NCBI GenBank assembly: GCA_027622665.1
Contig: JAQBYT010000012.1
Coordinates: 1-64,000 of the forward strand
Length of the DNA: 64,000 nucleotides
Source of the DNA: Verrucomicrobiota bacterium
GTDB taxonomy: Bacteria > Verrucomicrobiota > Verrucomicrobiia > Opitutales > Seribacteraceae
Direction: 5' to 3'
Under the pieces are notes generated by a model. The model was not told where the DNA came from. It made no database searches and saw only the letters and a list, made by a program, of their open reading frames with translations. Shown one piece after another: positions 31,811 through 41,147 of the stretch. Within the stretch, counting starts at the first letter, position 1. Every line of letters starts with the position of its first letter. The translations under genes were made by a program, and so were the position numbers.

Positions 31811-32534
31811 TTATTTTTTTGGGCGACCAGGTGTCCTTGGCGGGATCGTAATTCGGATTGGGCTTCATCATCTGAGCCCCCACCCGCTTACGCCACTGGT
31901 GAAGCTTTTGAGTAAGCTCCTTGGTTTTCTCGACCTCGATCTTGGCCAGGTCCTTGTGCTAGCCAATGTCCCTAGCGAGGTTGAATAGTTGAACCGTCCC
32001 GTTCTCAAAATATTCAAGCAATTGGCAATCCCCATCCCGAATGGCGCCCCCGGGGCTCTGCATCCCATGGTTGCTGTAATGAGGGAAGTGCCAATAGATC
32101 GGTCCACGGTCCATTTTCTTTCCCTTGACCAACCGGGTCAAACTCTTGCCATCAATCTTTTTTCGATCATATTTCAGACCAAGCATTTCCAGAATGGTGG
32201 GATAGAAGTCAGTGCTGATGACGAGCTCGTCACAAACGATATCTTTCTTTCCCTGATGTGGCCATTTCACAATCATCGGAACGCGGATGCCACCCTCGTA
32301 GAGCCACCCCTTCGCCCCGCACAGAGGAAGATTGGAACTGGAAGTGGAAGTGGCCGTATCCAACTGTTTTTGAGGAACGACCCGGCCCGGGGTTCCGTTC
32401 ATCACGGACATCCCCCCATTGTCGGACATGAAGGTCACGATGGTATTGACCACCAGACCGTGCTCCTTCAACTTGGCCATCAACGGCGAGGCAAGGCAGG
32501 AAAACCAAAAGAAAAATCTGAGGAGATTCTTCAT
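31811..32534 (-). pseudogene. Sulfatase pseudogene (in-frame internal deletion + nonsense codon)
   Basis: Signal peptide MKNLLRFFFWFSCLASPLMA is fused directly to KLKEHGLVVNTIVTFMSDNGG, so the catalytic half is absent. TAG at 31959-31961 interrupts DIG*HKDLAK...LHQWRKRVGAQMMKPNPNYDP. Confidence 0.8.
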
Positions 32535-32555
32535 AGGAAAATACTAGTAGTTGAC

Positions 32556-35500
32556 TCAGTCGAGGTTGGATTCGATCTCGGTCTTGTCGGGAGCGGGCGA
32601 GTCCACTCCGTTTTTGGGAATTTCCAAGCCTGCAGTCCAAAGGATGGCATTGAGCATGATCTTTCGATAGCCGTCGTCTTGCCAACTGACGTGATTATGC
32701 CCCCCCGTGAAACCGAATCCGCGTCCACCGGATTTCCTCTCGTAGGCCCAGGCGACGTGCTGGGTCTCCCCATTGGCGACGGCCTTGCGTACCGCCGGGT
32801 TGCCGCTGCGGGTCCCATCCTTTCGTCTCAGGGTCTCGGGTGGCGGAAGGTCGGTAAGAATGGGAGTAAATCCGGTTCGGTCCTCCACGAAACGCATGTG
32901 GTAGTACCACTCGTCGTCTACGCTGAAGGGCTTGACCCCATTCCAGATCGGATGGGACTGGGGCTTGAAGTTAGGTTTCCAATGCGGATTGACCGACCAG
33001 TTGAGGTCGCAGAACCCTCCCATCCAATGGAGGAATTTTTCACCCGGCGGACCCTTCATCGCCTCCGTCGCCCAATGGATCATGATCACGCCCGTTCCCT
33101 TTTTCATGAGGGCATCGAATTCCTTGAGTTTGGGGTTGAGAACGTGCCCGCCGTGCCCGGTGCAGAAAATCACGATGGTGGCGGCGTCCTCGAGGACGGA
33201 CTCGTCCACTGGATACCCAACGTCTTCCAGAACTACTGCCTCGACCGGCAAGCCAGACTCGTTCAGGCGCTTGGCCAAGATCATGTTGCCGGCCCGGTGC
33301 TCGTGCTTCATGCGCCCATGACTGGGCTTGCCCGAGATGAATACTACCTTGGCCTTGTCTTTACCGCGTGTCTTTTTTTTTTCGGAGAGAGGAACTATGC
33401 TTACCTTGACCTCATGCCAGTAGGCCCACTCGTTCATCCAAGCCGTAGGGTTGTTCTCAAGTTCCAATTTAATCTCTTTTCCTCCATAGGGAGAAAGGTC
33501 CACCTCATGGGTAAGCCACTCGTCGGTGGTGGTCTTGGACGAGACTTCCGTCTTGGAAATGATCTTGCCATCCACCTTGACCCGCAGTTCCCAGTCTCCG
33601 TGAGGATGATGACTGACGGTGGCTCGAAGGATCGTCTTCTTCCCCTTGTAAACTTGAAGCTTGCGACTGAGTACGGAAGGCACCCCACGCTTGAGAGGAT
33701 GAGTACGGGTAGCAGTCTTGTTGCGGAAGGTACCGAAGCGGACTACGCCCCCCTCCCCCGATCCTTCGACTGTAAAGTTCGGCGCAGCCTTCTGGATAAG
33801 ATTCTGCCAGTCGGCCTTGGAAACCTTTCGTTTCTGCGGTTGACGGACGGGGGTCTTTCCGGCGAGCATTCTTCTGGACACAAATTCCTGCAACCTGGGA
33901 AGTTTGGCCGTGGCGGCCAAGGTAAGGGCTTTGGCGGTGTTGTCGGGCACCATGGGTTCGAGAGCCAACCAAACCATGCGAGGAAGGTTGTTGTCATCCT
34001 TGTCCTCGGCATGGGAAGCGAGGCCCTCGAGAATGGACCATCGATTCTCGTGAGGGAAACGCTGGAGGGCGGAAGCGAGATAAAGTCGAACGACCGGAGA
34101 GGAATCGGACTTGGCCATCTTGGAAAACTTGGTAAGCAGGGCTTCGGAAGGCTTCTTGTCCTCGCTGAGAAACTGGATGGTCCAGGCCCGGACGTATTGT
34201 TCGGAATCATCGAGCAAGGCCATCAGTTTGTCATCCTTGCCCTTGAATCCACCCGTTACCTGAAGAGCCCACAAAGCACGCAAGCGCTTACCCACGGTCT
34301 TGGCACTCTTCAACATACTTTCCAGCTTGCCGTACACCTTGGCCGAATCCAATTTCCCGGAAGCCGCCCGATACTGAAGAACAGTCCGTGCCTGACGGAC
34401 GTACCAATCGTTCGAATGATCCTGCATGTCGGTCAGTTCCTCGTCGCTCAATTTGTTCAAGTCGAAACGCTTGATAGGTTTTACCCCCTTGGGCATGATC
34501 CGGTAGACCCGCGCGGAATTGGCAAACTTGACCACGTTTCCGCAAATGTTCTGATCGTGCCAATCCAGGATGTAGACGCCGCCATCCGGCCCCGTCTCCA
34601 CACTGAATCCGACCCATGCCAAATCATTGGTCGGCATGAAGTCGCCACCGTGCTTTCCTATGTAACTCGAGCCCTTCGGCACCATGTAGTCGATCAGCAC
34701 GGAATGCTCGTGGATGTTGCACATGAAGAGCTGGTCGCGGTATTTCTTGGGGAAGACGTCGGCCAAATAAAAGCGGGCCCCTCCGTGGGCGGACTTGTGG
34801 GTATGGTCCCTAATCGTCTTGATGTTGTCATAGACGTATGGGTTCACGTTCTGACGGCTCTGCTTGTGATAGACGCCTCCCTGAACGACGTGAAAGAGAT
34901 GAGGAATCACGCAACAGGTGGCGAAGCCCTGACCCATGTCGTTGAAGTCGAATCCCCAGGGATTGGAAAGACCCTCCGCAAATATTTCGAATTCCTTGGA
35001 CTGGGGATGAAAGCGCCAGATGCCGCCGTCGATGAACTGACGGTCTTCCTTGGCCGCGTCAGGCTTACCCACCTCGGACTTGGTGAATACACCATGGCAT
35101 CCGTAAAGCCATCCATCCGGGCCCCAAATAAAACTGTTGAGGGTCTCGTGCCGGTCATGGATTCCCCAACCGTCAAGCAGGACCTCGTGTGGTCCGTCCG
35201 GCTTGTCGTCCCCGTTCGCATCGGGGATAAATATCAACTCCGGCGGCATGCCGACGTAAACCCCGCCCATACCTACCGCGATTCCCGAACTGAAGGTGAG
35301 TTGGTCGGTGAAGAGCTTCTTCTTGTCGAAGACACCGTCCCCATCGACGTCCTCGAAAATTTGGATTCTATTCCGTTTATCTTTGGAATGAGCCCCTCGA
35401 GTCTGGTAATTGTAGTTCTCCAAAGTCCACAGCCTACCTTTTTCATCGAAGCAAAAGGCAATCGCCTCCCCGATGTCGGGCTCAGCCACGAATGCCTTGA

Positions 35501-35630
35501 CCTCGAAACCGTCCGGGATGGTCATCTTGGCGATGGCCTCTTGCGGTTTGAGAAAAGGAGCGTTGCTTGTGGGAGTGGCCGCATTCAGAATCGAGACCGC
35601 GAGGAAAAGCAGGGGAAATTGGATTTTCAT
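32556..35630 (-). CDS. PVC-type dehydrogenase-like beta-propeller + HEAT + beta-sandwich + ThuA-like domain (no CxxCH)
   Basis: Signal peptide; DVDGDGVFD; HETLNSFIWGPDGWLYG; GLSNPWGFDF; GPDGGVYILDW; HEAT repeats. C-terminal HEHRAG...IHWA...DEWYY...GRGFGFTGGHNH...LNAILW (ThuA/class I GATase-like). Confidence 0.8.
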   Translation of the reverse strand: MKIQFPLLFLAVSILNAATPTSNAPFLKPQEAIAKMTIPDGFEVKAFVAEPDIGEAIAFCFDEKGRLWTLENYNYQTRGAHSKDKRNRIQIFEDVDGDGVFDKKKLFTDQLTFSSGIAVGMGGVYVGMPPELIFIPDANGDDKPDGPHEVLLDGWGIHDRHETLNSFIWGPDGWLYGCHGVFTKSEVGKPDAAKEDRQFIDGGIWRFHPQSKEFEIFAEGLSNPWGFDFNDMGQGFATCCVIPHLFHVVQGGVYHKQSRQNVNPYVYDNIKTIRDHTHKSAHGGARFYLADVFPKKYRDQLFMCNIHEHSVLIDYMVPKGSSYIGKHGGDFMPTNDLAWVGFSVETGPDGGVYILDWHDQNICGNVVKFANSARVYRIMPKGVKPIKRFDLNKLSDEELTDMQDHSNDWYVRQARTVLQYRAASGKLDSAKVYGKLESMLKSAKTVGKRLRALWALQVTGGFKGKDDKLMALLDDSEQYVRAWTIQFLSEDKKPSEALLTKFSKMAKSDSSPVVRLYLASALQRFPHENRWSILEGLASHAEDKDDNNLPRMVWLALEPMVPDNTAKALTLAATAKLPRLQEFVSRRMLAGKTPVRQPQKRKVSKADWQNLIQKAAPNFTVEGSGEGGVVRFGTFRNKTATRTHPLKRGVPSVLSRKLQVYKGKKTILRATVSHHPHGDWELRVKVDGKIISKTEVSSKTTTDEWLTHEVDLSPYGGKEIKLELENNPTAWMNEWAYWHEVKVSIVPLSEKKKTRGKDKAKVVFISGKPSHGRMKHEHRAGNMILAKRLNESGLPVEAVVLEDVGYPVDESVLEDAATIVIFCTGHGGHVLNPKLKEFDALMKKGTGVIMIHWATEAMKGPPGEKFLHWMGGFCDLNWSVNPHWKPNFKPQSHPIWNGVKPFSVDDEWYYHMRFVEDRTGFTPILTDLPPPETLRRKDGTRSGNPAVRKAVANGETQHVAWAYERKSGGRGFGFTGGHNHVSWQDDGYRKIMLNAILWTAGLEIPKNGVDSPAPDKTEIESNLD

Positions 35631-35632
35631 AA

Positions 35633-36829
35633 TTAGGGGAGCGGTACTTGTTTTTCGGTTCTTAAGTATTTGATCAGATCAAGAACCTCGTGGTCCTTGA
35701 GGGCAAGAAGAAGGCCTTCCGGCATCATAGAAATTTTTGAGGTCACACGAGTTTTTACATCGGTTTTGGCAATCACGCTTTGCTGACCAACCATGTTCAG
35801 GACGACCTTGTTTGCGTCTTCCCCGATGACGTTGCCAACCGAGACCTGCCCGTCCTTGCTCGTGATGATGACCATTCGATAACCCTCGGGAACATCATAA
35901 CTGGGAGCCAGCACGTTAAGCAGGAAATAGTCGAGATCCGACCGGTTCGAGCCGGTCAACTCCGGCCCGATCTTGCCACCCTCCCCGTACATGACGTGAC
36001 AGGCCCCGCAGGTTCTTTTGTAAATCGCACGACCATTGGACGCATCAGCCTTGGAAACATCCGAGGAGAGAACCATGGACTTGTACTTGGCGATCAGCTT
36101 GTCCTTATCGGCCGAGACTTGCTCAACTTTTCCATAGACCTTTTCGAAGGACTTCCCGAGCATGGAATACAAGTTCCGAGCAACGTAGGCGGGAATCTCC
36201 TCCTTGGCGACCTTGCCCTCTCCCATGACTTTGGCAAGGGCTCGGGCATATGACTTGCGCGAGGCCAAAGTCTCAATCACCGTTCGCTTGGCAGATGTAT
36301 CGAACTCTCCATATCGGCCAAGCAGTATTCCCGGAGCGTCAGGGTAATCATAGGTAGCGTACGCTCGAATAACATCGAGTCGGAAAGGTGAATCGAGCAA
36401 ACCTTCCAGAACCGCCGGAACGTCGACGTGTTTTTGAGCCAAGAGAGACTTCAAGGCATCTCGCCGGCTATCCAGTTCCGCCTTTTCGTTTCTCAGAACT
36501 TTCATGGCGTTCCTACTGGCTCCTTCATCTCCGAAAATCTGGCTCAACTGATTGACCAGCTTGAGAACGTCTTGGTTGTTTTTCTTTTGAAACTTGGCCT
36601 TGAGAATTGCCCAGTCTTTTGGCGGCTTTACGTTTCTGCGCCCCGATAGACCACTAGCCATACCTTGAAGAAAATTAATTTGTACAGTTTCATTATCGAT
36701 GGAAAGAACTGCTGAAACCAAGCTGTTCAGTCGATCGCTTTCTTCATCGGCCCATGCAGGGGTCGAAATTACGAACGGAAGTAAGAAGGATAAAAAAAGC
36801 AGGCGAAACATTGAAAAAAAGTCTATCAT
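35633..36829 (-). CDS. HEAT-like + cytochrome c (PVC putative heme-binding domain) protein
   Basis: Signal peptide; GRAIYKRTCGACH...GGKIGPELTGSNR...SMMPEGLL...DLIKYL; 2 bp upstream of the propeller gene. Confidence 0.85.
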   Translation of the reverse strand: MIDFFSMFRLLFLSFLLPFVISTPAWADEESDRLNSLVSAVLSIDNETVQINFLQGMASGLSGRRNVKPPKDWAILKAKFQKKNNQDVLKLVNQLSQIFGDEGASRNAMKVLRNEKAELDSRRDALKSLLAQKHVDVPAVLEGLLDSPFRLDVIRAYATYDYPDAPGILLGRYGEFDTSAKRTVIETLASRKSYARALAKVMGEGKVAKEEIPAYVARNLYSMLGKSFEKVYGKVEQVSADKDKLIAKYKSMVLSSDVSKADASNGRAIYKRTCGACHVMYGEGGKIGPELTGSNRSDLDYFLLNVLAPSYDVPEGYRMVIITSKDGQVSVGNVIGEDANKVVLNMVGQQSVIAKTDVKTRVTSKISMMPEGLLLALKDHEVLDLIKYLRTEKQVPLP

Positions 36830-36963
36830 AATTCCACGATAAATGCTTGGATAAAAAAGCCTATTTTTATGCGATTCCTGCCATCTGCCTTAAATCGCTC
36901 CGTCTGGTATTAACATAAAGGTTTCTTTCTTTGAGGGACTTGGGGCTCGAACGTATGCCGACC

Positions 36964-37839
36964 TCATTGACCTAGATAACAGAATGCCGGCACGCCTTGA
37001 ACGCCAAGACCATCGATGACGAATACCCGACCGGCATCGGGTTCTTTCAAAGTCTTGTGGAGACCGGTGGTAACGAAAAGTCGATCGAGGTTAGGTCCGC
37101 CAAAGGAGCAGGCAGTGGTTTCGACGCAGGGCAAGTCCACCTTGTGGAGTTGATCTCCCGATCGCGGATCGAAACAAACAACGCAACCTCCATGACAGAA
37201 GGCGATCCACAAATTCCCATTGGCATCAATGGTCATGCCGTCGGGCGAACTGCCATAGCCTTTGGCCTCGGTATCCAGGGCTACCTTAGAAGAGCCGATT
37301 TCACCTGATGCATCATCATATTCGTAGGCACGGACTTTTCGAGTAGGGGTATCAATGTAATACATTTTCGTGGCGTCCAAGCTCCAGCAGATACCATTTG
37401 AATTGGTTACCTGCTCCACTTTCCGGTGAAGAGTGCCTTGGGCATCCAGCATGTATAGAGTGGCATCCCCTGTATTCTTAGCCAGACTTATGGTTCCCGC
37501 CCAGAACCGACCGGACGGGTCGCATTTGCCGTCGTTGAAACGATTGGTAGCTCGTTTACCGGCCTCGGGATCCGCAAGATTCATCTTATCTCCGGTGATC
37601 GGGTCGAAGGTATTGATTCCGGTGTCGCCCGCATAAAGGTAACCACCGGAAGCAAACGGCACCACGGTGCCAATACGCTCTCCGACGTCCCATACGCTTT
37701 CTTCACACGTCTCCGGGTTTAGCCGAACTAGTTTATGGTCTTCGATGTCGACGTAGAGAAGATGTTCTTGCCAAAAAACTGGACCTTCCCCCCATTTCGA
37801 GACGCGTGTTCCAACAGTTTTAATCGTGGTGTCCGACAT
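36964..37839 (-). CDS. SMP-30/gluconolactonase/LRE family protein
   Basis: GEGP; RFNDGKCDPSGRFWAG; SNGICWS; PDGMTIDANGNLW; FGGPNLDRLFVT. No signal peptide. Confidence 0.9.
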   Translation of the reverse strand: MSDTTIKTVGTRVSKWGEGPVFWQEHLLYVDIEDHKLVRLNPETCEESVWDVGERIGTVVPFASGGYLYAGDTGINTFDPITGDKMNLADPEAGKRATNRFNDGKCDPSGRFWAGTISLAKNTGDATLYMLDAQGTLHRKVEQVTNSNGICWSLDATKMYYIDTPTRKVRAYEYDDASGEIGSSKVALDTEAKGYGSSPDGMTIDANGNLWIAFCHGGCVVCFDPRSGDQLHKVDLPCVETTACSFGGPNLDRLFVTTGLHKTLKEPDAGRVFVIDGLGVQGVPAFCYLGQ

Positions 37840-37928
37840 AGTATGTTTCCAATAATAAATCCAAGAGATATAGAGCCGGAGGACGGATCAGTGAATGCCA
37901 TCCATGCTCGAATGAGGAAACATGTCAC

Positions 37929-38678
37929 TCAACGAGGAAAGGGCAATTGCCAAGACTTGAAGAAGAATTCCATGGCGACGTCGTGAAGCTCTAGACCTGC
38001 GGGCAGTTCGGGCAAACCGGATTGCTTCGAACCATAAAGGGCACTGTCCACACTAAGCTCCACGCACCTCTTGTGCACGAGGGCTGCGTTATCCGGGTGG
38101 TGCACCTTATCGTTGGGTCCGGAATGATTATACAAAATGATCGGCGGTCCATCCTTCCTCAGCTTGGGATAAGTCATCAGTGGAGTGCCCATTGGTTGCT
38201 GGATAGGGAAAACGGAACGAATGCCAAGATCGTGTCCGTGTCCGACATGGCAACTAATCAAGGCTCCCGCCGAGCCTCCTGAAACAGAAATCCTCGTTTT
38301 GTCTAGGTTGTACTTCTTGGCGTTGGCTTGAAGAAATCGGACAGCCTCTGCGGCATGGTCCATGATCTTGAAGTAATCCTTGTTGGTGTGAACGAGAAAC
38401 GGGTAGTTCACGCTAGCGAAAGCCACACCCTTGGAATGGTATTTCCTTAGCATTTGGCTGCGACTGAAACTTGCTTTATCCCCCTTTTTAAACCCACCGC
38501 CATGAAAGTAAACCACCAGCGGCGCAGGTTTTTGGGAATCGACCAGCCAGAGGTCAAGGACGCTGCGATCATATTCCTTGCTGTAACGAAGATCTCTGTG
38601 AGTAGGCTCTGCTTTCAAGGCAGCCGAAAATGAGAGAAAAGCTACTAGGGAAAAGATAACAACATTGAGAGTTTTCAT
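37929..38678 (-). CDS. Exported alpha/beta hydrolase (HSL/carboxylesterase-like)
   Basis: Signal peptide from ATG 38678; VYFHGGGF; SGGSAGA nucleophile elbow. Confidence 0.8.
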   Translation of the reverse strand: MKTLNVVIFSLVAFLSFSAALKAEPTHRDLRYSKEYDRSVLDLWLVDSQKPAPLVVYFHGGGFKKGDKASFSRSQMLRKYHSKGVAFASVNYPFLVHTNKDYFKIMDHAAEAVRFLQANAKKYNLDKTRISVSGGSAGALISCHVGHGHDLGIRSVFPIQQPMGTPLMTYPKLRKDGPPIILYNHSGPNDKVHHPDNAALVHKRCVELSVDSALYGSKQSGLPELPAGLELHDVAMEFFFKSWQLPFPR

Positions 38679-38694
38679 TCTTTTATCCAATTTC

Positions 38695-39468
38695 TTAAGC
38701 ACTGACTTGCTGGAGCCAGTTGCGAGCAATCAGTTCGTGACCTTGCGGCAAGGGGTGAACGCCATCCCAAATCCATTGCTCGGGAGTAACTGACTTTGCG
38801 GCGGCATCAAAAATCTCCTGTGTCCTGAGATGGACGGCTTTGTAATCGTTGACCAACTCAGCGACGATACCGCAAAGTTTGTCCACTTCTCCTCTCATCT
38901 GCTTCCAAGCATCTTCATTCTTAAGGCGCCCGGAACGCAGAACAAATGGGTCAAGGAGAACGAGTCTCAACTTCGGATTCGCCTTTCGGCTTGCATCCAG
39001 AATGAAGCGATAGTCATTCTCCCACTTTTTCAAGTCGACACCCTTGTTCCCACTGCCACCGACGTCGTTCACGCCAATAAGAATGCTGAGGAGGTCCGGT
39101 TTCATATCGATGGCGTCCTTTTGCCACCGAGCCTTGAGATTCCCTACCGTGTGCCCGCTCATACCACGGTTGAAAAACTCGAGACCTGCCTCCGCCATGT
39201 CCACTCCCAGTCTTGAAGCAATCAAGTAAACGTAACTGTGACCTAGGTAGTGGTTGCGATCATTCTGGTTCCTTCCCCACTTCATGTCCGTGATGGAATC
39301 ACCTTGAAAAAGCAAACGGCTACCGTGAGCAATTTCAGGAAGACGATAATCATATCCCCCTACTCCCGAAGGGTTCGGAGTGGCTCCTTCAAGCTTCGCA
39401 CCGGCGGTCACTGCAACTGCTCCACTGCAAACCGCTCCACTCTTAAGAAAATTTCGTCGATCTATCAT
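38695..39468 (-). CDS. SGNH/GDSL hydrolase, Tat signal
   Basis: DRRNFLK; FQGDSITD; NRGMSG; IGVND; DGVHP. Confidence 0.88.
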   Translation of the reverse strand: MIDRRNFLKSGAVCSGAVAVTAGAKLEGATPNPSGVGGYDYRLPEIAHGSRLLFQGDSITDMKWGRNQNDRNHYLGHSYVYLIASRLGVDMAEAGLEFFNRGMSGHTVGNLKARWQKDAIDMKPDLLSILIGVNDVGGSGNKGVDLKKWENDYRFILDASRKANPKLRLVLLDPFVLRSGRLKNEDAWKQMRGEVDKLCGIVAELVNDYKAVHLRTQEIFDAAAKSVTPEQWIWDGVHPLPQGHELIARNWLQQVSA

Positions 39469-39539
39469 TAGCTTTATTAGTCGAAATTAAATTTGCCGAA
39501 ACAGGCGAAATCAAAATTTCGCGAGAAACAGGGAGAAGC

Positions 39540-41078
39540 TTACCTTTCCCACTTAACCGTGGTGAAAGTGAGCCCGGGCAGACCGTCCTTGTTGTAGAAG
39601 TTCGCGTAACTAGGGTTGTTGCTGAAGGCGTATTGAACATTCACGGGCTTGGACACCTCGGGATGACTCAATACGACCGATTCGCCGTCGATAGTCGCCT
39701 CGGCCCATTGCCACTTGCCGTCCTCTCCCGCGATTTCGAATCCTTGCAAGGCCTTGGCGTGGCGAAAGGCAAGACCTTTGCCGACATGATCAAACAGCAC
39801 TCGGACCTTCTTACCCTCGATCTTGTGCGACTTATAGACTGGACCGGAAATGGCTATCTTGTGTCCATATACCGAGCCGAGGGCGACTCGACAGGCTCGC
39901 TTACCGTAGCCCGACTTGTTCGAAGGATGGATGCCTGTTCCCAAGTCGAGGGCCGTGACCAGTGGAGCATTCTTCAGCGTGCCCATCCGAACGTGATCCA
40001 AGTGATAGGCCAAGGAGTTGGGTTTATCAAAATGATTGCCGGGCAAATTGGGGCTGAAGGCCTTCGCTCCCCGGTTAACCGGGTTCTCGGGATCCCATGG
40101 GCAAACCCCGCCACTCGGCTTTTGGACGTGAAGAAAATGGAAGTCCCCTTGCCCCCACACCTTGCGCCAGCCAGTTATCAAGGCGTTCATCACAACGTAC
40201 TGGTCGGCGACGCCGGGTATCTGTGTCTTGGACTCTCCCTGATCCCAAAGAACGCCACGTATCCCGTAAGGCACCATGTATTCGATGTGCCGAGCATAAA
40301 GGTCACCGATCTTCGCGGGACCACGCGGTGGACGCTTCCCCGCAACTTTGGCCTTCTCCACCTTTTCCTTCCATTCCTTCATAAAGGTTTCTCGGTCCTT
40401 GACCAAATCGGATAAGGAATAACCGTTGGAGGTCTTGAAGCGCTTCGATAGCTCAGCATCGGCGGCAGCCATTTCCTCGGACAACCAACGCCCGGATGGC
40501 GTGCCGCCGACGGCCCCGACCATCAATCCCACGGGTACCTTTAGCTCCTGTTGCAAAGCATAACCAAAGGACAAGTGAATGGCCGAGAACCTCGGCATGG
40601 TGTCCTGATCGGCGACCTTCCATGCGGAACCGGCGTAGAGACGAATTTCCTGATAGGGTCCACTGGCAATGATCTTGGCCAAGTCCTCATCTCTTTTGGC
40701 GTATCCCCCTGCCCCGCCGGCCATGTTCGACTGCCCTGAACCCACCCAAACTTCGCCCACCAGAACATTATCGAACTCAACCTTGTTCGCCTTGCCCGAA
40801 ACCGTCAGCTTGCCCGCAGGGCCCAGCTTCAAGGAATCCAACTTGGCCATCCATTTGCCATCCTTGCCTGCAGTCGCCTTCTTCGATTGCTCCCGGAAAG
40901 CCACCGTGACCGACGCACCGGCATCAGCCGTACCCCAGACCGGAACTAACTGTTCTCGCTGGAGCACCATGCCATCGCTGAACATGCGGTCGACGGTGAC
41001 CGCGGCGTGAAGAAAGGGTGCCCAAAAAGCGAGCCCGAGGAAGACGAATGACGAAGCAGTTCTTTTTTTCATTTTCAA
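39540..41078 (-). CDS. Sialate O-acetylesterase-like (SASA/DUF303) protein
   Basis: FSDGMVLQR; GEVWVGSGQSNM; GGTP; GVLWDQGES; IHPSNK. Confidence 0.85.
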   Translation of the reverse strand: MKMKKRTASSFVFLGLAFWAPFLHAAVTVDRMFSDGMVLQREQLVPVWGTADAGASVTVAFREQSKKATAGKDGKWMAKLDSLKLGPAGKLTVSGKANKVEFDNVLVGEVWVGSGQSNMAGGAGGYAKRDEDLAKIIASGPYQEIRLYAGSAWKVADQDTMPRFSAIHLSFGYALQQELKVPVGLMVGAVGGTPSGRWLSEEMAAADAELSKRFKTSNGYSLSDLVKDRETFMKEWKEKVEKAKVAGKRPPRGPAKIGDLYARHIEYMVPYGIRGVLWDQGESKTQIPGVADQYVVMNALITGWRKVWGQGDFHFLHVQKPSGGVCPWDPENPVNRGAKAFSPNLPGNHFDKPNSLAYHLDHVRMGTLKNAPLVTALDLGTGIHPSNKSGYGKRACRVALGSVYGHKIAISGPVYKSHKIEGKKVRVLFDHVGKGLAFRHAKALQGFEIAGEDGKWQWAEATIDGESVVLSHPEVSKPVNVQYAFSNNPSYANFYNKDGLPGLTFTTVKWER

Positions 41079-41147
41079 TATTGGTTGTTACCGTAGGCAG
41101 GGAAAAGAGAGACGAGAAGAGGGAAGGAAAATCATCGTGGTAGCGGT

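Noticed and set aside
31989..35636. 1215-aa plus-strand ORF
   Set aside because: It is codon-aligned antisense to two real minus-strand genes and has no motifs. It exists because those genes use no TTA, CTA or TCA codons over this span (codon bias).
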